62,451 nucleotides of DNA from Pseudomonadota bacterium (GTDB taxonomy: Bacteria; Pseudomonadota; Gammaproteobacteria; Eutrophobiales; Eutrophobiaceae), in the NCBI GenBank assembly GCA_022562175.1, contig JADFPU010000001.1, positions 1 through 62,451 on the forward strand, written 5' to 3'. Made by a program: the position numbers and the translations under genes. Positions 1-11,688 of this stretch are shown here, piece after piece (the first letter of the stretch is position 1; each line of letters starts with the position of its first letter). Below the pieces are notes generated by a model. That model had not been told where the DNA came from, made no database searches, and saw only the letters and a list, made by a program, of their open reading frames with translations.

Positions 1-753
1 GAACATGCGTTTGCCATTTATCCTCCCATCACACAGGCCATCGGCGCCGAGGCGGTGGTGGTGCCGGCAAAAGAATGGGGGCATGATCTGGCTGCGATGC
101 AGGCCGCCATCACTGACGCAACACGGCTTGTTTTTATTGCCAACCCGAACAATCCTACCGGTACCTGTCTGGACGCAGCATCAATGCTACAGTTTCTACA
201 GGCGCTGCCTGAGCATGTTATCGTGGTGATGGATGAGGCCTATTTTGAATATGCACAAGCTGATGACTACCCCGATTGTATCGCCTGGATCAGGCTATAC
301 CCGAACCTGATCGTCAGTCGCACCTTTTCCAAGGCCTATGGCCTGGCAGGACTGCGGGTCGGTTATGGCATATCACATCCTGATGTGGCCGATCTGATGA
401 ATCGCGTCAGACAACCGTTCAATGTTAATAGTGTCGCCCTGCATGCGGCGGCGATCGCATTCCAGGACAGCCAGCATATCGCACAATCTGTCGACATGAA
501 TCATACCGGCATGCAGCAGTTGATCGCCGGCTTTGATAGTATGGGGATTCATTTCATCCCGTCACGCGGTAATTTTATCAGTATCGATCTGCAACAGCCT
601 GCTATTGATATCTATGAGCAATTATTACGGCAAGCCGTCATTGTGCGCCCCATAGCGAATTACGGCATGCCGAATCATCTACGGGTAACGGTTGGCCTGA
701 AACAAGAAAACGAAAAGTTTTTATCTGCGTTGGCAACAGTATTAGCGGCATGA
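1..753 (+). CDS. hisC: histidinol-phosphate aminotransferase, 5' end outside window
   Basis: Frame 1 is open from base 1 (EHAFAIYPPITQAIGAEAVVVPAKEW...) and runs into the listed ORF 55..753. Aminotransferase class I/II motifs are present (IANPNNPTG, SRTFSKAYGLAGLRVGY). The stop overlaps the tyrA start (ATGA). Confidence 0.9.
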   Translation, partial: EHAFAIYPPITQAIGAEAVVVPAKEWGHDLAAMQAAITDATRLVFIANPNNPTGTCLDAASMLQFLQALPEHVIVVMDEAYFEYAQADDYPDCIAWIRLYPNLIVSRTFSKAYGLAGLRVGYGISHPDVADLMNRVRQPFNVNSVALHAAAIAFQDSQHIAQSVDMNHTGMQQLIAGFDSMGIHFIPSRGNFISIDLQQPAIDIYEQLLRQAVIVRPIANYGMPNHLRVTVGLKQENEKFLSALATVLAA

Positions 754-1652
754 TGTTGATTAATAAACTGGCTATTCTTGGCGTTGGTCTGATAGGCGGT
801 TCACTTGCGCGCGTGCTCAAACGTGAGGCGGCCTGTGCAACGGTGATTGGTTTTGGCCGTAATGAAGCGAACCTGAAAAAGGCAGTTGAACTCGGGGTGA
901 TCGATAACTACGCCATGGACGCGGCTGAGGCGGTAGCGGGGGCCGATGTGATAGTATTGGCCACACCGTTGATGAGCACAGAAGGCTTGTTACTCAGCAT
1001 TCGGGATTGCATAAAGACCGGTGCGATCATCACGGATGTGGGCAGTGCCAAGGGCAGCGTGGTTGACGTTGCACGACGAACCCTGACGGATGAACAATTG
1101 CATAACTTTGTGCCCGGTCATCCTGTCGCAGGGACCGAACAGAGTGGTGTTGAGGCATCATTCGCCGGGCTGTTTGAGAAGTGTCTGGTGATACTGACGC
1201 CCCTGCCGCAGTCAAATGGCAAGTCGCTGGATCTGATAGACAAGATGTGGCAATGCGCCGGGGCCAGGGTCGTGATCATGGATGTCTCTCACCATGATGA
1301 CGTGTTGGCCGCAACCAGCCATTTGCCGCACATGCTGGCCTATGCGCTGGTAGATTGCCTGGCCGCTATGCAGGAACGCGATGAACTGTTCAGGTTTGCT
1401 GCCGGTGGTTTTAGGGATTTTTCCCGCATTGCCTCCAGTAACCCGGAGATGTGGCATGACATTTGTCTTTCCAATCGTGATAGTCTGCTGAAAGTGCTGG
1501 AATGTTTCGATACACACCTGCTGCAAATAAAACAAGCTATCGAACAGGGTGACAGTCAGGGCCTGGTTGAGATCTTCACGCGTGCAAAAAAAGCCAGGGA
1601 TGAATACACTGAAACATATGGCACAGTAACCAATATAAATGCCATTGAGTGA
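750..1652 (+). CDS. tyrA: prephenate dehydrogenase
   Basis: 300 aa with an N-terminal Rossmann motif (GVGLIGGS). Its position between hisC and aroA matches the conserved aro operon. Confidence 0.9.
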   Translation: MMLINKLAILGVGLIGGSLARVLKREAACATVIGFGRNEANLKKAVELGVIDNYAMDAAEAVAGADVIVLATPLMSTEGLLLSIRDCIKTGAIITDVGSAKGSVVDVARRTLTDEQLHNFVPGHPVAGTEQSGVEASFAGLFEKCLVILTPLPQSNGKSLDLIDKMWQCAGARVVIMDVSHHDDVLAATSHLPHMLAYALVDCLAAMQERDELFRFAAGGFRDFSRIASSNPEMWHDICLSNRDSLLKVLECFDTHLLQIKQAIEQGDSQGLVEIFTRAKKARDEYTETYGTVTNINAIE

Positions 1653-1666
1653 CGGAGTACTAGGCT

Positions 1667-2995
1667 GTGAATATTAATCCTCGTCTCGATTTCTGCGTCC
1701 AGCCAGGCGCTGATCTAACTGGTCGCTTAACAATACCGGGTGACAAGTCCATATCGCATCGTGCCTTGATATTGGGGGCGATAGCACAGGGCACAACGCA
1801 TATCACTGGTTTTCTTGATGGTGAAGATACCATAACGACCCTGTCGGCATTCAGACAGATGGGGGTCAGGATTGAGCGGCCTGCGCCACATGAGGTGATC
1901 ATCCACGGTGTCGGTCTAGATGGCTTGCAGGCACCGTCTCAGGCACTTAATCTGGCTAATTCCGGCACCTCGGTGCGGCTGTTGGCAGGCCTGTTGGCAG
2001 GCCAGGCATTTGACAGCGAATTATGTGGTGACGCCTCATTGATGCAGCGGCCAATGCGACGTATCACCGAGCCATTGCGGCAAATGAATGCGAATATTCG
2101 CTGTTCGGAAACAGGCACCTTGCCCATTGTCATTGGTGCGAGCAATGCCCTGCAAGGCATCCATTACAAGATGCCGGTTGCCAGCGCCCAGTTGAAATCT
2201 TCATTACTGCTCGCCGGGCTTTATGCCTCCGGCAAGACCTGTGTCACAGAACCTGCTGTCACCCGTGATCATACCGAGCGTATGCTCAGGCACTTTGGTG
2301 GCGCTGTACGAAAGACACAGGAGGGTATCTGTATCGAACGTCAGCCCTTGCTTGGCAAACCGATTGAGGTGCCGGCCGATATCTCTTCTGCGGCATTTTT
2401 TATGGTTGCAGCCTGTATCGTTGAAGGGGCGGACCTGCTATTACCACGCATCGGCATAAACCCTACCCGCCATGCCGTGATCGAGATCCTGCAATCCATG
2501 GGGGCCGATATCAAACTCGAAAATACACAGGATTGTTGCGGTGAACCAGTGGCCGATATCCATATCAGGCACAGCGCATTACACGCAATCAATATTCCGG
2601 CACATCTGGTGCCGATTGCCATCGACGAGTTTCCGGCAATATTAATTGCAGCGGCCTATGCCGAAGGCGAGACCGTATTGACCGGGGCGGCGGAATTACG
2701 CGTCAAGGAAAGCGACCGTATCCAGGCGATGACTGCGGGTCTGAGGGCATTGGCGATTGACGTCACAGAAACAGATGACGGCATGCGTGTGAAGGGTGGC
2801 AGGCCCAGCGGGGGCATAGTCGATAGTTACACCGACCACCGTATTGCCATGGCATTTACCGTCGCCGGCCTGGCTGCAAGCGGACCGATCACTGTGCATG
2901 ATTGTGCCAACGTCAGTACCTCATTTCCCGGATTCGTCGATGCTGTGTCCGGTTTGGGCATTGTCATAGACGTCAGCCACGCTAGTAATGGATAA
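1667..2995 (+). CDS. aroA: 3-phosphoshikimate 1-carboxyvinyltransferase (EPSP synthase)
   Basis: 442 aa with a GTG start. The N-terminal IPGDKSISHRALILGA motif is typical of EPSP synthase, and the length is full. Confidence 0.95.
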   Translation: MNINPRLDFCVQPGADLTGRLTIPGDKSISHRALILGAIAQGTTHITGFLDGEDTITTLSAFRQMGVRIERPAPHEVIIHGVGLDGLQAPSQALNLANSGTSVRLLAGLLAGQAFDSELCGDASLMQRPMRRITEPLRQMNANIRCSETGTLPIVIGASNALQGIHYKMPVASAQLKSSLLLAGLYASGKTCVTEPAVTRDHTERMLRHFGGAVRKTQEGICIERQPLLGKPIEVPADISSAAFFMVAACIVEGADLLLPRIGINPTRHAVIEILQSMGADIKLENTQDCCGEPVADIHIRHSALHAINIPAHLVPIAIDEFPAILIAAAYAEGETVLTGAAELRVKESDRIQAMTAGLRALAIDVTETDDGMRVKGGRPSGGIVDSYTDHRIAMAFTVAGLAASGPITVHDCANVSTSFPGFVDAVSGLGIVIDVSHASNG

Positions 2996-3692
2996 TACCC
3001 CTGTCATTACCGTCGACGGGCCCAGTGGCGTCGGCAAAGGCACAGTCTGTGACAAGCTGGCAGGTCGTCTAGGCTGGCACTTTCTGGACAGCGGCGCCTT
3101 ATATCGTGTCCTGGCCCATGTTGCGCTCATTAACGATGTCTCTCTGGACAATGAATCAGCCCTGGCATCGATGGCGGCAAGCCTTGATGTCAGCTTTGAA
3201 AGTAGTCATGCTGAATCAGCGCCACGCATCATACTCAGTGGCCAGGATGTGACAGACGCCATCAGGACCGAGGAATGTGGCAATGCCGCATCCAGACTGG
3301 CCACCTATAACAAGGTGCGCAAGGCACTGCTGGAACGGCAAAGGGCGTTCAGACGGCCACCCGGCCTGATTGCCGATGGACGGGATATGGGGACAGTTGT
3401 TTTCCCGGATGCGGCACTCAAGCTTTTTTTAACGGCGAGCCCTGAAGAACGCGCGAAAAGGCGGTATAAACAGTTGAAGCAGAAAGGAATTAATGCTAGT
3501 CTCCAGCACCTTTCAGGGGTCATTGCAGAGCGGGATAGCAGAGATAAAGGTCGCAGTGTCTCCCCTTTGAAAGCGGCGGCGGACGCCATTGTTATCGATA
3601 CAACTGAGCTTGGTGTTACTGAAGTCAACAGCAAGGTTCTGGAATTGGTACGGATGAAATTTCCTGAAAATTCAGGAATACCGTCGGATTAA
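2988..3692 (+). CDS. cmk: cytidylate kinase
   Basis: P-loop GPSGVGKGT is present. It overlaps the aroA end by 8 nt and precedes rpsA, as in many proteobacteria. Confidence 0.95.
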   Translation: MDNTPVITVDGPSGVGKGTVCDKLAGRLGWHFLDSGALYRVLAHVALINDVSLDNESALASMAASLDVSFESSHAESAPRIILSGQDVTDAIRTEECGNAASRLATYNKVRKALLERQRAFRRPPGLIADGRDMGTVVFPDAALKLFLTASPEERAKRRYKQLKQKGINASLQHLSGVIAERDSRDKGRSVSPLKAAADAIVIDTTELGVTEVNSKVLELVRMKFPENSGIPSD

Positions 3693-3763
3693 TTAACCCT
3701 TAACATTAGTTTATGCTGTCTGTTACAGATTACCGTTGCAGGTGAGAGAGGAATATATTTTTT

Positions 3764-5434
3764 ATGAGTGAGAGTTTTGCTGAATTATTTGAACAGAGCA
3801 ATATAGAGGCCAAAATGCGGCCAGGATCAATCGTCAGTGCCACGGTGGTTGAAGTGAATGAGGATACAGTGATTGTCAACGCTGGACTGAAGTCAGAAGG
3901 GCTGATCCCTATTGAGCAGTTTTACGATGAAAAGGGTGAGTTAGAAGTAACTATCGGTGATGAGGTCGATGTTGCACTGGATGCCGTTGAAGATGGCTTT
4001 GGTGAAACCCGCCTATCACGGGAAAAGGCAAAAAGACTCATTGCATGGAAGACCCTCGAAGAGGCAAATGAAGCTAATACAACGGTTATCGGTGTTATTA
4101 CGGAGCGTGTGAAAGGCGGTTTTACCGTCGATGTCGAAAAGGTCAGGGCATTTTTACCGGGTTCACTGGTCGATGTTCGGCCTGTCAGGGATACCAGTTA
4201 TCTCGAAGGCAAACCTCTCGAGTTCAAAGTCATCAAGATAGACCGTCGTCGCAATAATGTTGTTGTGTCGCGGCGTGCTGTCGTAGAAAAAGAAAATACC
4301 GCCGAACGTGAAGCCCTGCTCGATACATTAAAAGAGGGTGTCACCATCAAGGGCGTGGTAAAAAATCTGACGGACTATGGCGCGTTTCTGGATCTGGGGG
4401 GTATAGACGGCCTGTTACACATTACTGATATGGCCTGGAAGCGGGTCAAGGATCCTGCCGAGATCGTGAATATTGGTGATGAGATCGAGGTCAAAGTCCT
4501 GAAATTTGATCGTGAACGTAATCGCGTTTCGCTTGGTCTGAAGCAAATGGGTGATGATCCGTGGACGGATTTGACCAAACGTTATCCGGAAGGTGCCCGT
4601 CTGAATGGACGGGTGACAAATATCGCAGACTATGGCTGTTTTGTTGAGTTGGAAGAAGGCGTTGAGGGTCTGGTGCATGTTTCTGAAATGGATTGGACCA
4701 ATAAAAATGTACACCCGTCAAAGCTGGTGCATATTGGTACTGAGGTCGATGTTGTGATCCTCGATATCGATCAGGAGCGTCGTCGTATCTCGCTGGGCAT
4801 GAAGCAGTGTCAGGCGAATCCCTGGGAAAAGTTTGCCGTCACGCATAACAAAGGTGATCGCGTAACAGGTACTATCAAGTCCATTACCGATTTCGGGATT
4901 TTTATTGGTCTTGATGGTGGCATCGATGGACTGGTGCATCTATCGGATGTTACCTGGTCCGAGGCAGGTGATGAGGCGATACGTAAATATAAAAAAGGTG
5001 ATGAAATTGAGACTGTGGTGCTCGCTGTTGATGCAGAGCGCGAGAGAATATCGCTGGGCGTCAAGCAACTGGAGAAAGACCCATTCTCGAATTATGTCGC
5101 GGAGCATCCCAAAGGTTCTATCGTCAAGGTGACTGTGCACAAAATTGACGTAAAAAATATTTTAGTGCAACTGGCCGATGGTGTGGAAGGGCAACTCAAG
5201 GCCTCTGAGCTTTCCATCGAAAAGAAAGTTGAGGATGCCAGATCTGTAGTCAAGGAAAATCAGGAATTAGAAGTCAAAATTACTGCAATAGACAGAAAAA
5301 AACGTACAATAAGCGTATCAGTGCGTGCCAAGGAGTCCGATGATGAATCAGCTGCAGTCAGAGAATATGCGCCGGACTCAACAAGTGGCGCGAAACTTGG
5401 GGATATTTTGAAGGAGCATTTGGACAGTAATTAA
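3764..5434 (+). CDS. rpsA: 30S ribosomal protein S1
   Basis: 556 aa with six repeated S1 domains (recurring GxV..I..FGAFV/FVEL-type motifs). A GAGAGAGG Shine-Dalgarno lies upstream. Confidence 0.97.
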   Translation: MSESFAELFEQSNIEAKMRPGSIVSATVVEVNEDTVIVNAGLKSEGLIPIEQFYDEKGELEVTIGDEVDVALDAVEDGFGETRLSREKAKRLIAWKTLEEANEANTTVIGVITERVKGGFTVDVEKVRAFLPGSLVDVRPVRDTSYLEGKPLEFKVIKIDRRRNNVVVSRRAVVEKENTAEREALLDTLKEGVTIKGVVKNLTDYGAFLDLGGIDGLLHITDMAWKRVKDPAEIVNIGDEIEVKVLKFDRERNRVSLGLKQMGDDPWTDLTKRYPEGARLNGRVTNIADYGCFVELEEGVEGLVHVSEMDWTNKNVHPSKLVHIGTEVDVVILDIDQERRRISLGMKQCQANPWEKFAVTHNKGDRVTGTIKSITDFGIFIGLDGGIDGLVHLSDVTWSEAGDEAIRKYKKGDEIETVVLAVDAERERISLGVKQLEKDPFSNYVAEHPKGSIVKVTVHKIDVKNILVQLADGVEGQLKASELSIEKKVEDARSVVKENQELEVKITAIDRKKRTISVSVRAKESDDESAAVREYAPDSTSGAKLGDILKEHLDSN

Positions 5435-5446
5435 CAATAATTACTG
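5425..5446 (+). terminator. AT-rich hairpin overlapping the rpsA stop (possible weak terminator)
   Basis: CAGTAATTA-acaa-TAATTACTG forms a perfect 9-bp stem followed by ATTTGGGTT. There is no strong T-run. Confidence 0.35.
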
Positions 5447-5542
5447 ATTTGGGTTATACATTGGAATCCGGTTAGAACAGAGGGAGTTCAGTGTTGTATT
5501 CAACTGCAAATTGTCCTGAATCCAAATCGAGAGAAAGTAAAG

Positions 5543-5848
5543 ATGACCAAATCTGAATTGATTGAGTTGCTTTCGAAACGTCAAAGTCAGTTGGCTTACA
5601 GAGATGTTGAGCTGGCGGTAAAGACGATCCTTGAACATATGGCATATACGCTGTCAAATGGAGAGCGTATTGAAATCAGGGGTTTCGGTAGTTTTTCGTT
5701 GCATTATCGACCTCCCCGGGTGGGAAGGAATCCGAAATCAGGTGAACCGGTTTCTTTACCAGCGAAACATGTTCCTCACTTCAAACCTGGCAAGCAGCTT
5801 CGTGAACGCGTAGATAACACAAAAACAGTGTCCTCAGACGTTTATTGA
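5543..5848 (+). CDS. ihfB: integration host factor subunit beta
   Basis: 101 aa. MTKSELIE...[28 protein letters not shown] is the HU/IHF signature, and the gene is downstream of rpsA. Confidence 0.95.
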   Translation: MTKSELIELLSKRQSQLAYRDVELAVKTILEHMAYTLSNGERIEIRGFGSFSLHYRPPRVGRNPKSGEPVSLPAKHVPHFKPGKQLRERVDNTKTVSSDVY

Positions 5849-5952
5849 TATTTTCAGTACTCTGCAATACCTCAACAAGCGTATTTTTACTTTGTGTCAG
5901 GGATGGTGTTAGTTTTAAAATAGCGGAACCCACTGTTATTTGAGGTAATGTT

Positions 5953-6246
5953 ATGTCCCGCTTGATGAAACTTATCCTTATATTTTTTCTGATCCTTATT
6001 GGCCTTGTATTTCATTTGCGAAATAGTCAACAGGTTGTTCTCGACTATCTTATAGGCAGTCAGGAATTCTACTTATCAATATGGATGTTTGTATCGCTCG
6101 TTAGTGGAACTCTGCTCGGGATATTTGCCAGTTTACCGGTCATATTTAAACTTAAGCGCGATAACATCAGGTTATCAAAACAGGTGAATGAAAGTGAAAA
6201 GGAAATAAAAAACCTGCGTGCGCTGCCAGTTAAAGATAACCCCTGA
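5953..6246 (+). CDS. lapA: lipopolysaccharide assembly protein LapA (YciS/DUF1049)
   Basis: 97 aa with two predicted TM helices. It lies immediately upstream of lapB and overlaps it by 1 nt (TGATG). Confidence 0.8.
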   Translation: MSRLMKLILIFFLILIGLVFHLRNSQQVVLDYLIGSQEFYLSIWMFVSLVSGTLLGIFASLPVIFKLKRDNIRLSKQVNESEKEIKNLRALPVKDNP

Positions 6247-7424
6247 TGGAAACAGACTGGATATTATTACTGTGGTTGCTGTTACCTTTGGCAGCGGCAT
6301 CGGGTTGGCTCGTAGCGAAGCAGAGTTTTAACAGGAATATTGCAAACACTAATAAAAAACTATCGCCTGAATATTTCAAGGGTCTTAACTATGTTCTCAA
6401 TGAGCAACCTGATAAAGCAATAGAGATATTTATCAAGATGCTTGAGGTAGACAGTGATACTGTTGAGACGCATCTGGCGCTTGGTAACCTGTTCAGGCGT
6501 CGCGGTGAAGTTGATCGCGCGATTAGAATTCATCAAAACTTGATTGCTCGTCCTACTTTAAACCGGGAACAGCGTTCAATGGCGCTACTGGAACTGGGTA
6601 TGGATTATATGCGATCCGGTTTACTCGACAGGGCAGAGGGCTTGTTCGAGGAATTGGTAGAAAGTGGCGCGTATACTTCTCAGGCCTTTGCAGAACTGCT
6701 TAAGATCTATCAACAGGAGAAGGACTGGAATAATGCCATCGCCGTAGCTCGACGACTGGAAGCTGTATCAGGTGAAAATCTGGATCAAATGATTGCCCAG
6801 TTTTATTGTGAACATGCCTGTGAAAATTTTTCCCGGTCTGAGGACAAAAAAGGCAAGGACAACCTTAAACGCGCTCTTAATATTGATCCTGATTGTGTGC
6901 GTGCCAGCCTGATTGAAGCAGAAATGGCCGGCAGGGCCGGTAAATACAGGCAGGCTATCAAGGCCTATAAAAGGATCGAGAAGCAGGATCCTGAGTACAT
7001 TCCGGAAATCATCAGCCCAATGTTGAATTGTTACCGCCAGATCAACAAGATAGACGAGTATATGAAATATCTTCGGGAAATAGTGGCTACATATGGTGGT
7101 ATTACACCGCTTTTATCTTTAACAGAGCTTATAGAAGAGGTAAACGGGGAGAAGGACGCCATTAAATTTATATCTATGGAGTTAAAGAGACGGTCAACAG
7201 TCAGAGGCGTTGACAAGTTGATTGAATATACGCTGACAAACGCGGATGGCGAGATACGGGACAGTTTGAAAATGATTAAAGATATGACAGGTAAATTATT
7301 ACAAAGCAGCTCAGTGTATCAATGTATCCATTGTGGCTTTGATGGTAAGTCAATACACTGGCAATGCCCCAGTTGCAAGAGATGGAATACTATAAAACCG
7401 GTACATGGAATTGAAGGTGAATAA
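6246..7424 (+). CDS. lapB: lipopolysaccharide assembly protein LapB (YciM), TPR plus rubredoxin-like zinc finger
   Basis: 392 aa with an N-terminal TM segment and TPR repeats. The C-terminal CIHCGF...WQCPSCKRW motif is the metal-binding site. Confidence 0.9.
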   Translation: METDWILLLWLLLPLAAASGWLVAKQSFNRNIANTNKKLSPEYFKGLNYVLNEQPDKAIEIFIKMLEVDSDTVETHLALGNLFRRRGEVDRAIRIHQNLIARPTLNREQRSMALLELGMDYMRSGLLDRAEGLFEELVESGAYTSQAFAELLKIYQQEKDWNNAIAVARRLEAVSGENLDQMIAQFYCEHACENFSRSEDKKGKDNLKRALNIDPDCVRASLIEAEMAGRAGKYRQAIKAYKRIEKQDPEYIPEIISPMLNCYRQINKIDEYMKYLREIVATYGGITPLLSLTELIEEVNGEKDAIKFISMELKRRSTVRGVDKLIEYTLTNADGEIRDSLKMIKDMTGKLLQSSSVYQCIHCGFDGKSIHWQCPSCKRWNTIKPVHGIEGE

Positions 7425-8127
7425 TCCATGCGTCATTATATCATTGGATTTTTCCAATGCAGAGACTGCCCTGATGCATGTAGAAAAATTCGATCCGGAA
7501 CATTGTCGACTGAAAATCGGCAAAGAATTGTTTACCAGCAGCGGCCCGGCGTTTATTGAAAAGCTGGTTGCTAAGGGTTTTGATATTTTTCTTGATCTGA
7601 AATTTCATGATATACCCAGTACTGTAGCAAAGGCATGTAGTGCGGCAGCAAGCCTGGGTGTCTGGATGTTGAATGTACACGCATCGGGTGGCAGGACTAT
7701 GCTCATGAGTGCACGCGAAGCCATCGATAAATCCAGTCAGCAACCGCTACTGATAGGTGTGACGGTATTAACCAGTTTGTCATCAGAGGAACTGAACGAG
7801 ATTGGCATCAGTGCAACACCGGAAGAACAGGTGTTGCGGCTTGCCAGACTCAGTAAAGAGACCGGTTTGGATGGAATAGTCTGTTCTGCACAGGAGGCGG
7901 TATCACTCAGAACAGAGCTAGGGGATAAATTTTGCCTGGTGACTCCAGGTATTCGGCCAGCGGGCGTATCTGCTAACGATCAAAAACGGATCATGACCCC
8001 GGCGCAGGCAATTATTGCGGGCAGCGACTATCTTGTCATCGGCAGGCCGATCACACAGGCAGAAGATCCGCGTAAGGCATTGATCGCTATTAATGAAGAA
8101 ATTAATAGTGTTCCTCGGCACGAGTAA
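7405..8127 (+). CDS. pyrF: orotidine 5'-phosphate decarboxylase
   Basis: VIISLDF...[10 protein letters not shown]...DLKFHDIP motifs are present. The start at 7405 overlaps the lapB end by 20 nt, and a GTG at 7417 is an alternative. Confidence 0.9.
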   Translation: MELKVNNPCVIISLDFSNAETALMHVEKFDPEHCRLKIGKELFTSSGPAFIEKLVAKGFDIFLDLKFHDIPSTVAKACSAAASLGVWMLNVHASGGRTMLMSAREAIDKSSQQPLLIGVTVLTSLSSEELNEIGISATPEEQVLRLARLSKETGLDGIVCSAQEAVSLRTELGDKFCLVTPGIRPAGVSANDQKRIMTPAQAIIAGSDYLVIGRPITQAEDPRKALIAINEEINSVPRHE

Positions 8128-8142
8128 CGATCCACGAACAAA

Positions 8143-11100
8143 GTGTCTGAAGAAAGTTATATAAGTCCCTTAACGCCTGAGCTACCTGACAAAGCAGGAG
8201 AAAAACGCTACTGGGCCCGTTTGTATGGTAGTAGCAAGGCACTGGCCTTGAACTCTGCTGCACAGACAAGCCAGGTTCCTTTGGTGATTATTACGGCTGA
8301 TCTGAATCGCAGTCATCAATTACTGGAAGAATTACGGTTTTACCGGCGCGATGGTGACAAGCCATACCCGTTCTTGTCTTTTCCCGATTGGGAGACATTA
8401 CCTTACGATAATTTTTCCCCCTATCAGGATATTATTTCAGAACGTCTGGCTACCCTCACACAACTGCCAACGTTTAGTCGTGGTATTCTGGTGGTGCCGG
8501 TGTCGACTATTATGCATCGTCTGTTGCCGGGCGATTATTTACGGGCGAATAGTCTGATGCTGCTGACCGGCCAGGAATTGATAATTGATGCATTTCGTCA
8601 TGATTTGCGAAACAACGGTTACCGGTTTGTCTCTCAAGTGATGGAGCATGGCGATGTGGCAGTTCGTGGCTCGTTGGTGGATATCTATCCAATGGGGGCA
8701 GATGCGCCTTATCGTATCGATCTGTTTGATAATGAGATAGACAGTATACGACTATTTGATCCGGAGTCGCAGCGCTCACAGGAAAAGATCGAAAGTATCA
8801 GTATCTTGCCGGCACGAGAGGTCGCCATGGTCGATGCAAATATTGCCCGCTTTCGATCAGGCTGGCGTAGCCGGTTCGAGGGCAACCCCGGTTCTTCTCC
8901 CGTCTATCGAGATGTCAGCAACGCTATTGCACCACCCGGTATCGAATATTATTTGCCGCTGTTTTATGAAGAGACCTACAATCTGCTGGATTATCTGCAA
9001 GATACCTGCGTGGTGGTGTTAGATGATGGCGTAGCCCAGGCAGCGGACTCATTCTGGCAGGACGTCGAACAACGTTATGAGCAAGGCCGTTATGATCAGG
9101 AAAGACCACTGCTGCCACCACGGGATATGTTTTATAATCCGCACGACTTTTATACACGCATAAAAATCTTTCCGCAAATACACATCACGGGCGTAGCGCA
9201 ACAAGAATCCACGGCCGGCATTGTAAATTACACCAGTAAGTTGCCGGTAAAACTCCCGGTTGATGCACGCGCTAAAGATCCCTTTAGCATAGTAAAGCGA
9301 TTCCTGAATGAATTTAATGGCCGCGTCCTGCTGGTGGCTGAATCATCAGGTAGAAGGGAAACCATACTTGAATTGCTTCATCAGCATGGCTTGCGGCCAG
9401 AATTATTCTCTCAGTGGTTTGAGTTCCTTGAGGATGATGCATTATTCGGTCTGACTGTTGCACCGCTGGAACAAGGACTGTTACTCAGTAATCCACATAT
9501 TGCGGTTATCAGTGAATCGCAGTTATTCGGTGATCGGGTACAGCAAAGAAGATTGCGTAAACGCAGGCAGCAGGATTCTGATGCTATTGTCCGTAATCTG
9601 GCTGAGTTATCCATCGGTGCTCCTGTTGTGCATGAAGATCATGGTGTCGGCCGATATCAGGGCCTGGTCACCCTGGACGTAGACGGTGTGCCGGCGGAAT
9701 TTATCTCGCTGCTATATGACCGGGGGGATAAGCTTTATGTACCGGTAGCCTCTCTGGATTTAATCAGTCGCTATACAGGAGTAGATGCGGATCATGCGCC
9801 GCTACATCGTCTGGGTAGCGGACAATGGCAAAAAGCCAAACGCAAGGCAGCAGACCGTGTGTATGATGTTGCTGCGGAATTGCTCGAATTACATGCGCGA
9901 CGGGCGGCAAGACCCGGCCATAGCTTTGAGCTGGATGAAGATGCCTACCGGGCTTATGTACAGAGTTTTCCGTTTGAGGAAACACCTGGGCAAATGGATG
10001 CTATTAATGATGTCATCAGTGACATGCAAAAGAGCAAACCGATGGATCGTCTGGTTTGTGGCGATGCAGGGTTTGGTAAGACTGAAGTGGCAATGCGGGC
10101 AGCTTTCATCGCGGTGCAGAATAACAGGCAAGTAGCCATATTGGTGCCGACTACCTTGCTGGTACAACAACATTATGAAAATTTTAAAGACCGTTTTGCC
10201 GACTGGCCGGTACGAGTAGAGATATTGTCCCGATTCCAAACCCATAAACAACAGGCCGAAACGATTGCAGGGTTGCTTAAGGGCACTGTCGATATCGTCA
10301 TAGGCACACACAAATTATTACAAGGGGATATTAAATTTGCCCGTCTCGGGCTGGTCATTATTGATGAAGAGCATCGCTTTGGCGTCAGACAGAAGGAACG
10401 CTTCAAATCGTTACGGGCCGAGATAGATGTGCTGACACTGACAGCGACGCCGATACCGCGTACACTGAATCTGGCACTTACAGAACTCAGAGATCTATCG
10501 ATCATTTCCACCCCTCCATCCGGACGATTGGCAGTAAAGACGTTTATACGGGAATGGAACGATAGTCTGATAAAAGAAGCATTATTGCGGGAAATTAAAC
10601 GCGGTGGTCAGGTCTATTTTCTGCATAACAAAGTTAAAGATATTGAACAAAGAGCACGTGAAGTGGCAGCACTCATCCCGGAGGCCCGCGTGCGTATCGC
10701 CCATGGTCAGATGCCTGAGGTGAAACTCGAACAGGTTATGCGCGATTTCTATCATCAGCGTTTTAATGTGCTGGTCTGTACTACTATCATTGAGACAGGG
10801 ATTGATGTACCGAATGCCAATACAATGATTATCGATCGCGCTGACAAGTTTGGATTGGCACAATTGTATCAATTACGGGGCAGGGTAGGTCGTTCACATC
10901 ATCGCGCCTATGCCTATCTTATCGTACCGCCAAGAAAGGCGATGACTGTCGATGCGGTAAAAAGACTGGAAGCGATTGAGTCGCTGGAAGATCTGGGCAT
11001 AGGATTTACACTGGCCACACACGATCTGGAAATCAGAGGCGCGGGGGAGATCCTGGGCGAGGATCAAAGTGGCCAGATTCAGGAGATAGGTTTTGGATTA

Positions 11101-11625
11101 TATATGGATCTGCTTGAACGTGCTGTGACTGCCATGAAACAGGGAAGGCAACCGGAACTTGACAGGCCGCTTGATCATGGCGCGGAGATAGATTTGCATA
11201 TACCAGCCTTGATCCCTGAAGACTATCTGCCTGATGTGCACACACGGCTTATCATGTATAAACGTATTGCCAGTGCAAAAGATGAAGATGGATTACAGGA
11301 TTTACAGGAAGAAATGATCGACAGGTTCGGCGTGCTGCCGGAAGCTTTAAAGAATTTATTTAATATTACACGTCTAAAACTGGCAGCGAGTCCACTCGGT
11401 GTGCGCAAGATAGACCTGGGACCACAAGGTGGACGTTTGCATTTTCATGAACAAACCCGTATTGATCCTATGCGGGTTATAAAGCTTATTCAGTCGGAAC
11501 CCCAGACTTACAGGTTGGATGGAAACAACAAGCTTAAAGTGTCAAAAGAATTGCCCGATGCTGATTCAAGATTCCAGGTTATTAGGGGTTTGCTTGAAAA
11601 TATCTCAACGAGGGACGCAGCTTGA
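8143..11625 (+). CDS. mfd: transcription-repair coupling factor
   Basis: 1160 aa with a GTG start. It carries Walker A GDAGFGKTEVA, the DEEHRFG box and a superfamily-2 helicase C-terminal domain. Confidence 0.97.
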   Translation: MSEESYISPLTPELPDKAGEKRYWARLYGSSKALALNSAAQTSQVPLVIITADLNRSHQLLEELRFYRRDGDKPYPFLSFPDWETLPYDNFSPYQDIISERLATLTQLPTFSRGILVVPVSTIMHRLLPGDYLRANSLMLLTGQELIIDAFRHDLRNNGYRFVSQVMEHGDVAVRGSLVDIYPMGADAPYRIDLFDNEIDSIRLFDPESQRSQEKIESISILPAREVAMVDANIARFRSGWRSRFEGNPGSSPVYRDVSNAIAPPGIEYYLPLFYEETYNLLDYLQDTCVVVLDDGVAQAADSFWQDVEQRYEQGRYDQERPLLPPRDMFYNPHDFYTRIKIFPQIHITGVAQQESTAGIVNYTSKLPVKLPVDARAKDPFSIVKRFLNEFNGRVLLVAESSGRRETILELLHQHGLRPELFSQWFEFLEDDALFGLTVAPLEQGLLLSNPHIAVISESQLFGDRVQQRRLRKRRQQDSDAIVRNLAELSIGAPVVHEDHGVGRYQGLVTLDVDGVPAEFISLLYDRGDKLYVPVASLDLISRYTGVDADHAPLHRLGSGQWQKAKRKAADRVYDVAAELLELHARRAARPGHSFELDEDAYRAYVQSFPFEETPGQMDAINDVISDMQKSKPMDRLVCGDAGFGKTEVAMRAAFIAVQNNRQVAILVPTTLLVQQHYENFKDRFADWPVRVEILSRFQTHKQQAETIAGLLKGTVDIVIGTHKLLQGDIKFARLGLVIIDEEHRFGVRQKERFKSLRAEIDVLTLTATPIPRTLNLALTELRDLSIISTPPSGRLAVKTFIREWNDSLIKEALLREIKRGGQVYFLHNKVKDIEQRAREVAALIPEARVRIAHGQMPEVKLEQVMRDFYHQRFNVLVCTTIIETGIDVPNANTMIIDRADKFGLAQLYQLRGRVGRSHHRAYAYLIVPPRKAMTVDAVKRLEAIESLEDLGIGFTLATHDLEIRGAGEILGEDQSGQIQEIGFGLYMDLLERAVTAMKQGRQPELDRPLDHGAEIDLHIPALIPEDYLPDVHTRLIMYKRIASAKDEDGLQDLQEEMIDRFGVLPEALKNLFNITRLKLAASPLGVRKIDLGPQGGRLHFHEQTRIDPMRVIKLIQSEPQTYRLDGNNKLKVSKELPDADSRFQVIRGLLENISTRDAA

Positions 11626-11688
11626 AATGTTTATGATTCGAGGTTTGAGGTTTAAGGTTGAACGTTGAACTATTTTCAGGAGTAAAGT

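Noticed and set aside
11640-11675. Short GAGGTTT/GAACGTT repeats after mfd that resemble the 56693-56752 terminator sequence (TTGAACGTT).
   Set aside because: The shared part is only a short AACGTT palindrome context. No extended stem, T-run or further copies were seen.
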